This document shows positions 52,291-64,000 of a stretch of DNA of 64,000 nucleotides, piece after piece (the first letter of the stretch is position 1; each line of letters begins with the position of its first letter). Location of the stretch: assembly GCF_963921235.1 (NCBI RefSeq), contig NC_086109.1, positions 10,232,001 to 10,296,000 on the forward strand. Reading direction: 5' to 3'. The notes below the pieces were generated by a model that was not told where the DNA came from, ran no database searches, and saw only the letters and a list, made by a program, of their open reading frames with translations. The DNA comes from Mobula hypostoma. Taxonomy: Eukaryota. The position numbers and the translations under genes are program-made.

Positions 52291-52897
52291 TAACACACAT
52301 CAAAGTTGCTGGTGAACGCAGCAGGCCAGGCAGCATCTCTAGGAAGAGGTACAGTCGACGTTTCGGGCCGAGACCCTTCGTCAGGACTAACTGAAAGAAG
52401 ACCTAGTAAGAGATTTGGAAGTGGGAGGGGGAGGGATGGAGCCAAGAGCTGGACAGGTGATTGGCAAAGGGGATATGAGAGGATCATGGGACAGGAGGTC
52501 TGGGGAGAAAGACAAGGGGGGGTGGGAACCAGAGGATGGGCAAGGGGTATAGTCAGAGGGACAGAGGGAGAAAAAGGAGAGTAAGAGAAAGAATGTGTGT
52601 ATATAAATAAATAACGGATGGGGTACAAGGGGGAGGTGGGGCCTTAGCGGAAGTTAGAGAAGTCAATGTTCATGCCATCAGGTTGGAGGCTACCCAGTCG
52701 GAATATAAGGTGTGGTTCCTCCAACCTGAGTGTGGCTTCATCTTTACAGTAGAGGAGGCCGTGGATAGACATATCAGAATGGGAATGGGATGTGGAATTA
52801 AAATGTGTGGCCACTGGGAGATCCTGCTTTCTTGGAATTAAAATGTGTGGCCACTGGGAGATTCTGCTTTCTCGGAATTAAAATGTGTGGCCACTCG
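52291..52897 (-). mobile_element. Penelope-like element 3' fragment inserted in a Gypsy integrase remnant
   Basis: Same family as 35808-36570. Flanked by ggagatagt / ggaggtagt (probable TSD). The truncated end has a ~40-bp triplication. Confidence 0.8.
52352..52389 (-). ncRNA. Minimal hammerhead ribozyme in a Penelope-like element end
   Basis: Minus strand UAGUC-CUGACGA-AGGGUCUCGGCCC-GAAA-CG-UC-GACUG; core intact. Confidence 0.78.
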
Positions 52898-53489
52898 GAG
52901 GTAGTCCCTTCTTCTGGGGTGGGGCAGTAGTCCCATACTGGGGCCTCCTCCATGTACTGCCACATTGGCATCCTAGGCCCCTTTGCAGTGGTGCGCGAAC
53001 AACTCCACTTCCTGCCTGCACCCAGGCCAACAGAAGCATTGCCCAACATCTTTGTAACCCCAAAATGCAGCCCCCACCAGCCCATGCACTAACTGCAGCA
53101 CCGTGGCACGGAGCCCCCGGGGGGGGGGGCCACCAGCTGCAAGAGGCGTCTGTTGCCATCGAAAAACTGCCACGGCCAGAACAACAATGGTTGCTGACCT
53201 CCGTCGTCACCCAGTGAATGTATAGGGCTTTGGTCTCTGGATCCAGGGCATTGATGGAATCGCAGAGCAGACTCAATGGGACAAATGGCCTAATCCTGCT
53301 CCTATATCTTATGATCTTGTGGTCTTAATCAAATCAAAGAGGCACAGACTAGAAGGGCCAAGATGGCCTGTTTCTGTGCTGTAATTGTTATATGTTATAT
53401 GGTATAAAGTTGCAAGAAAGGAGGATCAAGTATCAAAAGTAAACTTTATTCACCATATACATCTGCATGTATTCAGAATTTGCTGTGGT

Positions 53490-53770
53490 GGGGTTGGGTT
53501 GAGTTGTTCTCCAAACTTGGCAATCTATTTGCAAACGTTTCATCACCATATGAGGAGACATCATCAGTGCCCGTATTGGCTTATAAATGGGATTGAGGTC
53601 TACATATCTGCACATCTGTTTATAAAATTGTTTGCGGAAAGCCATGCTTCTAGGAACTTTCTTGCATGCCGTGTGTTTGCTTGCACCGTGACTTTCACTG
53701 AAGCCCAGTTGAATTTGTTTCCCCCTCGATCTTCATGGGTAGAGACTGGGGAAGAGTCGCCCCTAGTTAC
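53490..53770 (-). mobile_element. Penelope-like element fragment (second family), GIY-YIG C-terminus plus 3' end
   Basis: Minus-strand peptide STHEDRGGNKFNWASVKVTVQANTRHARKFLEAWLSANNFINR matches the typical PLE endonuclease end (HxFxW...R.FLEAW..IN). A hammerhead motif follows. Confidence 0.7.
53531..53570 (-). ncRNA. Hammerhead ribozyme motif of a second PLE family
   Basis: Minus strand GCA-CUGAUGA-UGUCUCCUCAUAUGGUGAU-GAAA-CG-UU-UGC, located downstream of a GIY-YIG C-terminal remnant. Confidence 0.6.
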
Positions 53771-54647
53771 TGCCATGTGTTGCTCAGGGTGTGACATGCA
53801 GCAGGAAACAACAACATTCAACAATTATAAAGAATAAAGAATCATATAAGAATAAAGTTAGAGGCTAAAGCACAGATATGGAATAAAGTGTGCACAGATG
53901 CATAAATACCAGCATGTATTTACAATGTAAACAGCATTATAATAAGAGGTTTAAAGTTTACAGTGCAGTACAGTGATTGGGCAATAGGCAGAAGGTGGTG
54001 AGGGGCTAAATGGAATGGTTGATCAGGTTAACTGCCCGGGGGAAAGAAACTTTTACAATGATGTTACAAGTTTTAATAACCCTACAGTACAGGGAGCTTT
54101 TGGAACAGGCAGTTTGCAGGCTGGGTCGTGTCCACAGTGATTTTCCCTGTCTGCGTCATTGTTTTGGACGCAAGTTTTGCAGAGATGGTAGAAGGCAGCC
54201 AAAGGGCAGGGGAAACCAGCACAGACTGAATGAGGCAAGTGGGGCTGCTGCTGGCTGAGAGAGGATGGTGAAGCATTACTGATCACTCTGCAGGAGATGT
54301 AAATTGAGGGAGATGAATCAGGACAGAAGAGACAGAGAAATCAACGCAGGAGCAGTGAGATAAAACACACTACAATTACTGAAAATAAAACTGAATGCTT
54401 GGTTGCCTAGAGTTATTGAATTTATTGTCGATTCCTGGGGCCTGCAACATTCCTAGTCAGAAGATGAAGTGTGGTTCTTCGAACATAGGCTAGACTTCAC
54501 TGAAACAATGTCAGCAGCCAGAGGGAGGGTCAGACAACTGGAATCTCATGTGGATACAGAAGGATATCCCCCAGGATTTAATGAGGAGGTTGATAGTTTC
54601 TTAATTAGCAAGCATGTTATGGGGAGATGGTAAGAGAATGGAGTTGA

Positions 54648-55030
54648 CTTACGCCACTGGGGTTTAGGGCATCTATGAAGCTCTTCCATCTCCGGTGGTG
54701 TTGAAGGCTTCCTTCATCATATCAGTAGCTTCCTCTCGGTTTTCGCTACTGTCGGTCATGCAAGTCCCAGGTGGAGACTCCGTTGCATTCAGATGTAGAA
54801 GGATTCTTCATTACCATTTTGATAACAATTTGTTTGACCAGTCAGGGTTGTTAGCCCTGAGCTGAACCCCTGAACCTGGAGGACCGGTGGACCACTCTTA
54901 GTCTGGCCTCTACCCTTTGACCTCCTACCAAGAGCCACAGCATAAAGCCCCGACTCCAGCCAACATAGCTCTCTGGATCATTGAGGCACGCAAGTCTCTA
55001 AACAATGACGAGGTTGTGGTCCTCTTGGAG
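54648..55030 (-). mobile_element. Short non-autonomous RTE-derived element
   Basis: Exact 14-bp TSD gagaatggagttga. A second copy at ~26040-26495 encodes an RTE-like ORF end (MAKDRRRTFIAALNA). Confidence 0.62.
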
Positions 55031-55895
55031 GAGAATGGAGTTGAGGGGTAAATCAGCCGTGATGGAATGGGCAGAGCAGACGCGATGGGCCAAATGGCCT
55101 AATTCTGCTCCTGCTGTATGTCTTGTGGTCTTATGGTTTGGGTTTCGTTTCTCCAGCACAAAGCAGTGCAAAAACATAATTAGCATTTTGAAATGGAGGA
55201 AGTATAAACCAAATACTTCTTGGGAGTTGTGAATGGTCTGAAGGAAAGCTGAAATGGGAGGCAAAGAGTAACTGAGTCTATGATACAATCGGGGCGCAGG
55301 AGCGATACAGATCAAACATGGGCAACAGGGACAGGCTTGGATAGACATCTTGGTTGGCATGGACATGTTGGGACAAGAGTCCTGTTTCTCTGCTGTATTA
55401 CTCTGAAGGGACACCAGTTAAAGAAGAGGACATCTCAAAATCCAGGGCTTTTCTCTTTGGAACAAAAGAGGATGAAAGGTAACTCGATGGATGTGTACAA
55501 GATGATATTGCTAGAGACTTTTTCCCAAGGATGGAAAAATGGCTGATATGAGGGGGCATAATTGAAAGGTGATAGGAGAAAAGTATAGGGAAGGATATCA
55601 GAGGTAGATTATTTACACAGAGGGTGGTGAGTGCATAGGACGCACTGCCAGGGATGGTTGTAGGGTCAGATACATTAGGGGCACCTAAGAGACTCTGAGA
55701 TAGCACATGGATGATCGAAAAATGGTGAGAGGGCTATGCAGGAGGGAAGCATTAGATTGATCTTAGCGTAATAAACGGTCAGCACAACATCGTGGACTGA
55801 AGAGTCTGTGTACAGTGTTGCATTCTCCTAGGTTCTATAAAAGCTGTGATCTCAAATTTGTCTTCTTAAAAAAAGAAAAGTTAGGAGAATGGAAA

Positions 55896-56398
55896 TAGTC
55901 ATAGTCATAGTCATACTTTATTGATCCCGGGGGAAATTGGTTTTCGTTATGGTTGCACCATAAATAATAAATAGTAATAGAAATAGTAATAGTACTATTA
56001 CTATTAGTAAATAGTAATAGTCATAGAAATAATAAATAGTAATAGAATAGTAATAGAAAATAGTAATAAATAATTAAATAATCCCAACAACATTACTGGC
56101 CTTACGAATGAGTTTGTTGATTCTGTTGGTGTCTGCTACCCTCAGCCTGCTGCCCCAGCACACAACAACAAACATGATAGCACTGGCCACCACAGACTCG
56201 TAGGACATCCCCAGCATCGTCCGGCAGATGTTAAAGGACCTCAGTCTCCTCAGGAAATAGAGACGGCTCTGACCCTTCTTGATGACAGCCTCAGTGTTCT
56301 TTGACCAGTCCAGTTTATTGTCAATTCGTATCCCCAGGTATTTGTAATCCTCCACCATGTCCACACTGACCCCCTGGATGGAAACAGGGGTCACCGGT
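55896..56398 (-). mobile_element. Rex1/Babar LINE fragment with an internal deletion and an expanded (TAGTAA)n tract
   Basis: (tagtca)n tail; ORF 56074..56394 matches the family RT C-terminus. Confidence 0.8.
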
Positions 56399-57065
56399 GA
56401 AGTCCATTCTGATTATGAATCTGAAGTCTTTATCAGAGGCGGAGTTGGGGGAGTTATGCCAGGGAAAAGCAGAATCTCTTGACTTCATCAGTATGTCTCT
56501 GTTATTTTGCTTGGATTATTTCCGAAGAGGCCTTGAAAAATCATTAGCACACATCCAACATTTACTAATGTGACAAAACCACAATATTGGCTTTGTATCC
56601 TGAGCAATCTATGACTTTCCATCCTGTTCCCTTTGAGAATTGAGTTATTTCTCAGTTGGTGGGCTGGGGTTCTGGAGACAGACTTCGATTATCCCTGGAC
56701 ACGTCATGAGCCGTACAACACTGTTATTCTTTGAGTATGTCATGCTTCCTCTCCAGTGTCAGATACAGCTGCAGAAAGTGATTAGTGATGGGAGTATCAG
56801 ATGCTTGGGTGTCGACAGTGGCCAGGAGAAATCATGAAATCATAGGGGTTTCTGTGATCTGTAGAATTAATCAGGATGGGCAGAAAAGGGTATCGACTCA
56901 CAGTTTTAGCTTGTGCTGGTGCACTGCGTGCAGTTCTGGACACCAAACTTGAGGAAAGATGTGAAGATTTCAAAAGGGCTGCGGAAGAGATTTACCATGA
57001 TTCCAGGGATGAGGGCCTTTGATTATATGCATAGGCTGGGGAAGCTGGAAATTGAAGCCTTCCAT

Positions 57066-57630
57066 TGATCGGGGTCGACCAACGATATTGCAACCTAGCC
57101 GTTTACGTGATACGCAAGCCAGGGCAGTACAATATGGAGAGCAAGCAGTTGTCCCTGCACCAGACTCCCCTCTCCACACTGCTGGTGAATCCAAAGCAAC
57201 AGCAGAGAACGATACAGTTTGGCACCAGCTGCATTTCAGCAGTTTTCAGTCAGTGTTGAACTCAACATTGGACTAACCTAGGGACTCCAGCTCTGGATTT
57301 TTCCCCCGGGGTTTACTCCCAAAGCCTTCCCCATGAGTAGGTATAGGCGCAAGGCTGCAGAGATTTGAGATCAGAGTTTTTCTTCTCTTTGAAGAGTTGC
57401 CAACTACAGCTGACAAGTCCCTTCCGTCTGAAGTACCTGGGTTAAAGATGCCCATAACCCACCTTTGCCCCTGTTGCTATCAGTAGAAATGGTTCCATCG
57501 GGCTTAGTAGCTAAGCCATACATGAGGGCCAGGAGCTGGAGTTGGTTGTCAGAAGCTATTTGGGACACACAGTATTGGGACCATTTAATAGGTAGTGGAA
57601 GTTTATCCGCACCAACTATAACAACCTTAA
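57066..57630 (-). repeat. Dispersed repeat with RTE 5'UTR-like motifs; inverse copy at ~19220-19690
   Basis: Segments such as gggactccagctctggattt and aaagccttccccatgagt are shared in opposite orientation between the two loci. Confidence 0.55.
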
Positions 57631-60384
57631 GGAACCAACCTGGGAATCTCCTCCTTGGAATAGAGCAAGTTACAAAAAGAGCAGCATCCATCTTCAAAGA
57701 CCTCACCATCCAAGCCATGTACTCTTCGCCCTTCTGCCATCAGGTAGGAGGTACAGAAGCTGTAGATAGCACGCCATCAGGTTGAGGAAGAGTTATAACC
57801 CTACAAGCATCAGGCTCCTGACCCGGCAAGGATAACCTCATTCACTACTGCTCTGAACTGATTCTACGCCATGCAGACTGACCTGCGAGGGCTCTTTTCA
57901 ACTCATACTCTCAGCGTTATTTTCAATTGTACGGCTTGTCTTTTGCACACTGGTTTATGCATAGTTTTTCACAAATTCTGTTGCTTTTTTTTTCTTGTAA
58001 ATGTCTGCCAGAAAATGAATCTGAGGAGAAGGTGGTAACATATACAGTACATAGTTTGATAATAAATTAACTTTGAAACTTGTAGCAATATTGGCAACCA
58101 TGAGGTAAATAGAGAAAAAACATTGGCAGAATGACGTAGAATGAAGATGATTGATGAAACAACCAAGGGTGATGTGAGGGGAAACACTTTACACCATTTT
58201 TAGGGTCCAGAATGTTGAAGTGGCAAACGTGGATCCAACTGGAGTATTTCAGAGGGAGGCAGGGAAGGATCTGAAATATTCAGACAGCAGGACTAACTGG
58301 ATTGCTCGCATATAATCAGCATAGAACCGAAGGGACAAATGACCCTCTTCCGTTCTCTATTAGAGTCACAGAGTAATGCTGCATGGAAACAAGCCCGGCT
58401 CAAACATGCTGAAAATGGTGCCCCTCCTAAGCCAGTCCCATTTGCCTGTGTCTGACCCCTATCTCTGGGGTCCACAGACCACTTGGTTAATGGTAAGGGT
58501 CAATGACATAAAAAAGGTTGGGAACCCTGCTCTAAACCCCTTCTAACATGCACTTATCCAAGTGCCCTTGTAATGTTGTTGTTGTACCTGCCTTAACCAC
58601 TTACTCTGGCAGCTCATTCCATGTATGCTCTCTCTCTTCTATGTAAAGAAGTTGCCCCTCAGATTCCTATTTAAACTTTCACTTCTCATGAATAAGCTCT
58701 TCTCGGGCCTCCAGCCAGCTACAGGTGTTGATTATAACCAACGTTTCGATGACAAACTCTGCCATTATTTGTAAGATATCTTTTAACACAAACGGTCTAA
58801 AAGCTTCTGGAGACAGAGAGCCTAGGTACCCACAAGGAATGCTGGGAAGCTGACTCTGAGTAGAAAAACCTTCCAACTATTAACAGATCAGCTAGTGATG
58901 TGCTAAGTGATAATATCAATCTGATCTACGAGCTTTCTTGAACTAAATAACTTAGCCAGAGTTGTCCAACTTGAAACAAGCCAAATTAACATACAGTGTA
59001 TTGAACTGCACCTCGAGCATTAAGCCCATGTGCTGTGGGGCTGCAAGTCTGTGCTACAGAAAGTGCTTGTTTGCTAAGCTGTTCCTTTAACTTCAAAGTG
59101 ATTACTGCTTGTTGTTTACATTAAGAACCAAAGACTGGCTCCTGGTTATGACAAGAAGCTAAACAAAGAATATTAGTTGGAGGTTTAACTTGCTCAAAAG
59201 CATCACTTTGATCTCTAGTGTTTAGAAAGCTGAGCTTGGCAAAGAATAGGTAAGGGGCCCCCAGCCCTGGACAATGAAAATCCTTCACATACCAAAAAGA
59301 AGACGATGTCTCCACATCCCCAATGTTTTGATAAGACACTATAAAATCACACTGTCATCTACTACATTCCCAGGAATGAAGTCCTTGCCTCGTTAATCAT
59401 TCCCTATAACATCATGTCTGAATCATAACATTCTTGTATATTTTCTCTGCACTCTTTCTAGTTTAAGGACGTCTTTCCTATAATAGGGCAGTTAAAACTG
59501 TGCACTGTTGAGCCGTAGAGTCACAGCACAGAAGCAGGTCCTTCGGCCCGTCCAGTTTATGCTGAACTCTAATTCTGCCTAGTCCTATCAACCCACACAT
59601 GGACCATATCCCTCCCATCCATGTACTTATGCAAATTTCTCTTAATTGTTGAAATTGAATCGACATCTACCGCTTCCACTTGCAGCTTGTTGCACACTCA
59701 ACACCACCCTCTGAAGAAGTTCACCCCTTTAGATATTTCACCTTTCACTCTTAACCTATAACCTTTAGTTCTAGTCTATAAACTTTAATAACCTTTAGTC
59801 CAAATGCAGTGGGAAAAGCCTGCTTTCGTGTACCCAATCTATACCCCTCATAATGTTGTGTACCTCTGTCAAATCTTTCCTCGATCTCCAACACTCTAGG
59901 GATTAAAGTCTTAAACTATTCAACCCTTCCCCATAACTCATGTCCTCAAGTCCTGGCAATATCCTTGTAAATTTTCTCATCACTCCTAGTGTAGCCTTTC
60001 CAATGTCTTGTGCAACTGCAATATAATGTCATCTTGGCCTGAAACGTTGACTGTACCTCTTCCTAGAGATGCTGCCTGGCCTTCTGCGTTCACCAGCAAC
60101 TTTTATGTGTGTTTCCTGAACTTAGTGCCTGACTGATAAGGGTGAGCATGCCAAACACCTTCTGCACTAACCTATCGAATATTGAAAGGACTTGATGGAG
60201 TGGATGTTTCCTTTAGTGGGAAGTCTAAGACCAGATGGCACAGTCTCAGAAGAGAAAGACATCACTTTAGAACAGAGATGTGGAGAAATTTCTTTAGCCA
60301 GATGATGATGGAATTCATTACTATGGACAGTTGTGGAGGCCAAGTCACTGGGTATATTTAAAGTGGAGGTTGACAGGTTCTTGA

Positions 60385-60983
60385 TAGTCATAGTCATAGT
60401 CATACTTTATTGATCCTGGGGGAAATTGGTTTTCATTACAGTTGCTCCATAAATAATAAATAGTAATAGAACCATAAATAGTTAAATAGTAATATGTAAA
60501 TTATGCCAGTAAATTATGAAATGAGTCCAGGACCAGCCTATTGGCTCAGGATGTCTGACCCTCCAAGGGAGGAGTTGTAAAGTTTGATGACCACAAGCAG
60601 GAATGACTTCCGATGATGCTCAGTGCTGCACCTTGCTGGAATGAGTCTCTGGCTGAATGTACTCCTGTGCCCACCCAGTACATTATGTAGTGGATAGGAG
60701 ACATTGTCCAAGATGGCATGCAACTTAGACAGCATCCTCTTTTCAGACACCACCATCAGAGAGTCCAGTTCCATCTCCACAACATCACTGGCCTTACGAA
60801 TGAGTTTGTTAATTCTGTTGGTGTCTGCCACCCTCAGCCTGCTGCCCCAGCACACAACAGCAAACATGATAGCACTGGCCACCACAGACCTGTAGAACAT
60901 CCTCAGCATCGTGCGGCAGATGTTAAAGGACCTCAGTCTCCTCAGGAAATAGAGACGGCTCTGACCCTTCTTGTAGACAGCCT
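60385..60983 (-). mobile_element. Rex1/Babar LINE 3' fragment nested in CR1
   Basis: (tagtca)3 tail; ORF 60538..60909. Confidence 0.82.
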
Positions 60984-63329
60984 TGATGACTCTGGATGTC
61001 TGAGATGACAGTGAGCAGGTAGGTGAATGAGGTTGAAAGTGATAGTAAATCAGCTGTGATGGAATGGTGGAGCAGACACAATGGGCTGATTGGCCTTATC
61101 CTTCTCCTGCGTACATAGAACATAGAACATACGTCTTATAGTCGAACCTGCCCATAACCCTTTCAGAAAACTATGTACTTGTTGGGCCATGTGTGGAACT
61201 ATCCTGTGATTTTCGAGCCAGCATCAGGCAGAAAAAAGTGGGAATGAGATGTGCTGAAGGCAGACTGGAAAGTTGGATACAAGTAACCAGCTGTTAGTGC
61301 TGCTGCCTCCCTGCCCCACTGACCCAGGTTCAATCCTGGCTCCAGGCATTTATAACTTGGATACCATTCTCCAAGGGATTGTGTGGTATTTCCTGGCTTC
61401 TCCAGTTCCCTCCCACATCACAGTAATATGCTGGCATGTTAATTAGAATCACATTTAATATCACTGGCATATGTTGTGAAATCTGCTGTTAGGCGCCAGC
61501 AGTACATTGCAATACATAACAATAAAAACATTATTAATGTCAATTACAGTAAGTGTATACTGTATGATAATATATGTGCAGTATAGATACAGTACACACA
61601 CACATATACATATACCCACACACAAAAAAAATAAATGAAAGTTACATTAAGTTACAACTGCAGTTGTACAAGGCCTTGGTGAGACCACACCTGGAGTATT
61701 GTGTGCAGTTTTGGTCCCCTAATCTGAGGAAAGACATTCTTGCCATAGAGGGAGTACAAAGAAGGTTCACCAGATTGATTCCTGGGATGGCAGGACTTTC
61801 ATATGATGAAAGACTAGATCGACTAGGCTTATACAGGGTTCTGAGTTGGATGATGAGTTGGCTGAGTTAGTCCTGACGAAGGGTCTCGGCCTAAAACATC
61901 GACTGCACCTCTTCCTAGAGATGCTGCCTGGCCTGCTGCGTTCACCAGCAACTTTGATGTGTGTTGTTTGGTAAGTTCCTTCCCTTTTCAGTCTTAATTA
62001 TTCTCAAAGTCCAAGAATAGGAAACAAAGAATAAATTGTCAACTTTTCTTATTGCTTTTCACGGGAGTTCTGTTTTCTCTGAAGTGTGCTGTTAGAGGCT
62101 GGTGGTTTCTTGGAATGCAGCCACAGAACAGGGGCACATTGAAACAACAGTAAGCTCATAAATTGCAAAGGGCTGCTAAAGCAGTCCTTTACTCAGACTC
62201 TTCACAATTTTTTTGCGGATTTTTTCAAAGAACGTTCAGAAATATTCCGGTACATTTTAACCAATCTGCATTCAAGATTATCCATTGTTTACTGTCATTC
62301 TTCAGTACACTAGAGTAAAGGAGAACACAATGATGGTTACTCTGGATCCAATACAGCATAAAATGGGAGATTCTGAGATGCTGGAAATTCAAAACACAAA
62401 ATGCCGGAGGTGCTCAGCAGGCCAGGCAGCATCTATGGAAAAGTGTCAACAGTTGACATTTCAGGCTGAGACTGTTCTTCAGGACTTAGAAGGAAGGGGT
62501 AAGATGCCAGAATAAAAAGGTGGGGAGGGGGAGGGGTAGGAGGCTAGACGGAAGGTGATTGCTGAAGCCAGGTAGGTGGAGAAGGTCAAGGACTGGAGAA
62601 GAAGGAAGCTGACAGGAGAGGAGAGTGGACAGTAGGAGAAAGGGAAGGAGGAGAAGGTCCAAGAAGAAGTTTATAGGCGGGTGATAAGATGTGAAAGGTC
62701 AGAAAAAAAACAATAAGCATAAAGAACAATAAAAAATAAATACAAGTTTAAAGCAATCCTGCAAAACACAATGTACAAATAACTTGTATTCACCGAGTGA
62801 TTGTCTTGGTGATGTGTATATTGTGGTGGAGTGGGTTAATGGGTGGAGATGTTGATCAAACAATCAGCTTTTTGAGTCTGGTAGTCCCAGTACGGATGCT
62901 GTGTGGCCTCCTTCCTGATGGAATTGGGACAATCCATGAGCAGGGTGGGTGGGATCCTTCATATTTCTGGCTTCCCCCCCATCATGACAGAAGAACATAA
63001 TGATGTAATTTCATTCATTCTGTAAATTGGGCCAAGAAACTTAACAAAAGTCTAGTCTGTGGGCTTCGCTGGCATCTGGAATTTCATGTATCGAAACATG
63101 TAAGGGGGTTGGTATGATATCTTGATGTAAGAGCTCAGTTTTGTATGTTAAAGGGGTCTATAATCTGTCACCTATTGGACCCATTGAGAGCAGGTTGGTG
63201 GGGGGGGGAGGGGTCATAAGCATTTAATTCTAGCTTATTCTTCAGAACCAAGCAGACAGTAAAGTAGATTCCAGTGCAGATATAACAGGAAATCCAGCGA
63301 AATACAGCCAGGAATTAAATTACAGATAT

Positions 63330-63690
63330 GCACAGGATGTTGAGAGATAGATTGTGGAAGGATTGAGGAAGGAAATCACAAGCAGACAATGCTGAGAGGG
63401 AGGGGCGAGAAGGGGAAGAGGGAATGAGTGAAAGAGACAAAAGAGAGTGCAATAGATGGAAAATCAGAGAGAGAAATGGGAAAGAAGGGAGAAAGAGAAA
63501 TACAGTGAGAGAGTTGGGGAGGTGAGGGAGAGGCAAAAAGAGGAACAGTTGGTCAGAAAACCAGAGAAAGAGTTGAGGTAGATGCAGGAAAGAGAGAACT
63601 AGAGAGAGAGAGAGAGAGAGAGACAAAATGAAGACTCGATATGAGAGAGAGGTAGGGGGAACGAGAGAATGAAAAGGGTGAGGGGTTGAG
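63330..63690. repeat. Purine-rich low-complexity tract with a (GA)n microsatellite at 63601-63623
   Basis: Directly visible in the sequence. Confidence 0.8.
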
Positions 63691-64000
63691 TTTGGAATGT
63701 ACCTAGCAGCCTCTCTTCTGAGCGTCTACAATGGAGCTGATGTCACTTCAATATTAAGCTGCAGCTCCTGCGCTGAATTTCAAGACGCTCTGTGCTGTTG
63801 GCTGGGAGTGAATCAATTTGCATTACCACAGGCTCGCACAGACTGTGGAAAGCACATAAGCAGGCTGTAAAAAACAACTAACATCTCCAGGCCCGTCTGT
63901 GATGGTCAGGAGGGCTCGTGTGACTTTTGCAATTAAAACTGTGCCCAGTTTCCCAATCCGTGCTCCCTCAACCCTGTACTAATGACATCCCCAGACCAGA

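Larger units (their letters stand above)
51637..53220 (-). mobile_element. Degraded Gypsy LTR-retrotransposon remnant (integrase, PPT, 3' LTR)
   Basis: Minus-strand, frameshifted LRATVLQLVHG..HFGVTKML..FCWPGCRQEVELFAHHC (integrase Zn finger) and VWDYCP..|LSPTLGSRWKG..VVYRIRV (GPY/F-like module). A G-rich PPT-like tract precedes TGTAA at ~51790. Confidence 0.6.

Overview
Repeat-dense vertebrate genomic DNA, very probably from a cartilaginous fish such as a ray (inferred from the mix of CR1 LINEs, V-SINEs and Penelope-like elements). The only host gene I can support is PM20D1 (peptidase M20 domain, N-fatty-acyl-amino-acid synthase/hydrolase) on the + strand. It has six internal coding exons (3360-3446, 8481-8614, 18960-19079, 28657-28732, 40662-40723, 42461-42539) with canonical AG/GT ends and compatible phases; they splice to 186 uninterrupted codons. 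Both gene ends lie outside the window. The introns are filled with nested mobile elements: CR1 and Rex1/Babar LINEs, V-/CORE-/RTE-type SINEs, Penelope-like elements (PLEs), Tc1, hAT and Harbinger elements, a solo LTR, a Gypsy remnant and a G-rich minisatellite. The most notable features are: (1) minimal hammerhead ribozymes with intact-looking cores in PLE ends, from two PLE families; (2) at least three independent ~200-bp fold-back hairpin insertions built from PLE ends, pivoting at the ribozyme and flanked by 13-17 bp target duplications; (3) twin non-autonomous hAT-like elements with 6-bp TSDs inserted 27 bp apart; (4) a CR1 3' tail that appears to supply the branch-point region of a PM20D1 exon; (5) multi-level transposon nests. 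Repeat boundaries without a TSD are approximate, and family names come from motif recognition, not database searches.
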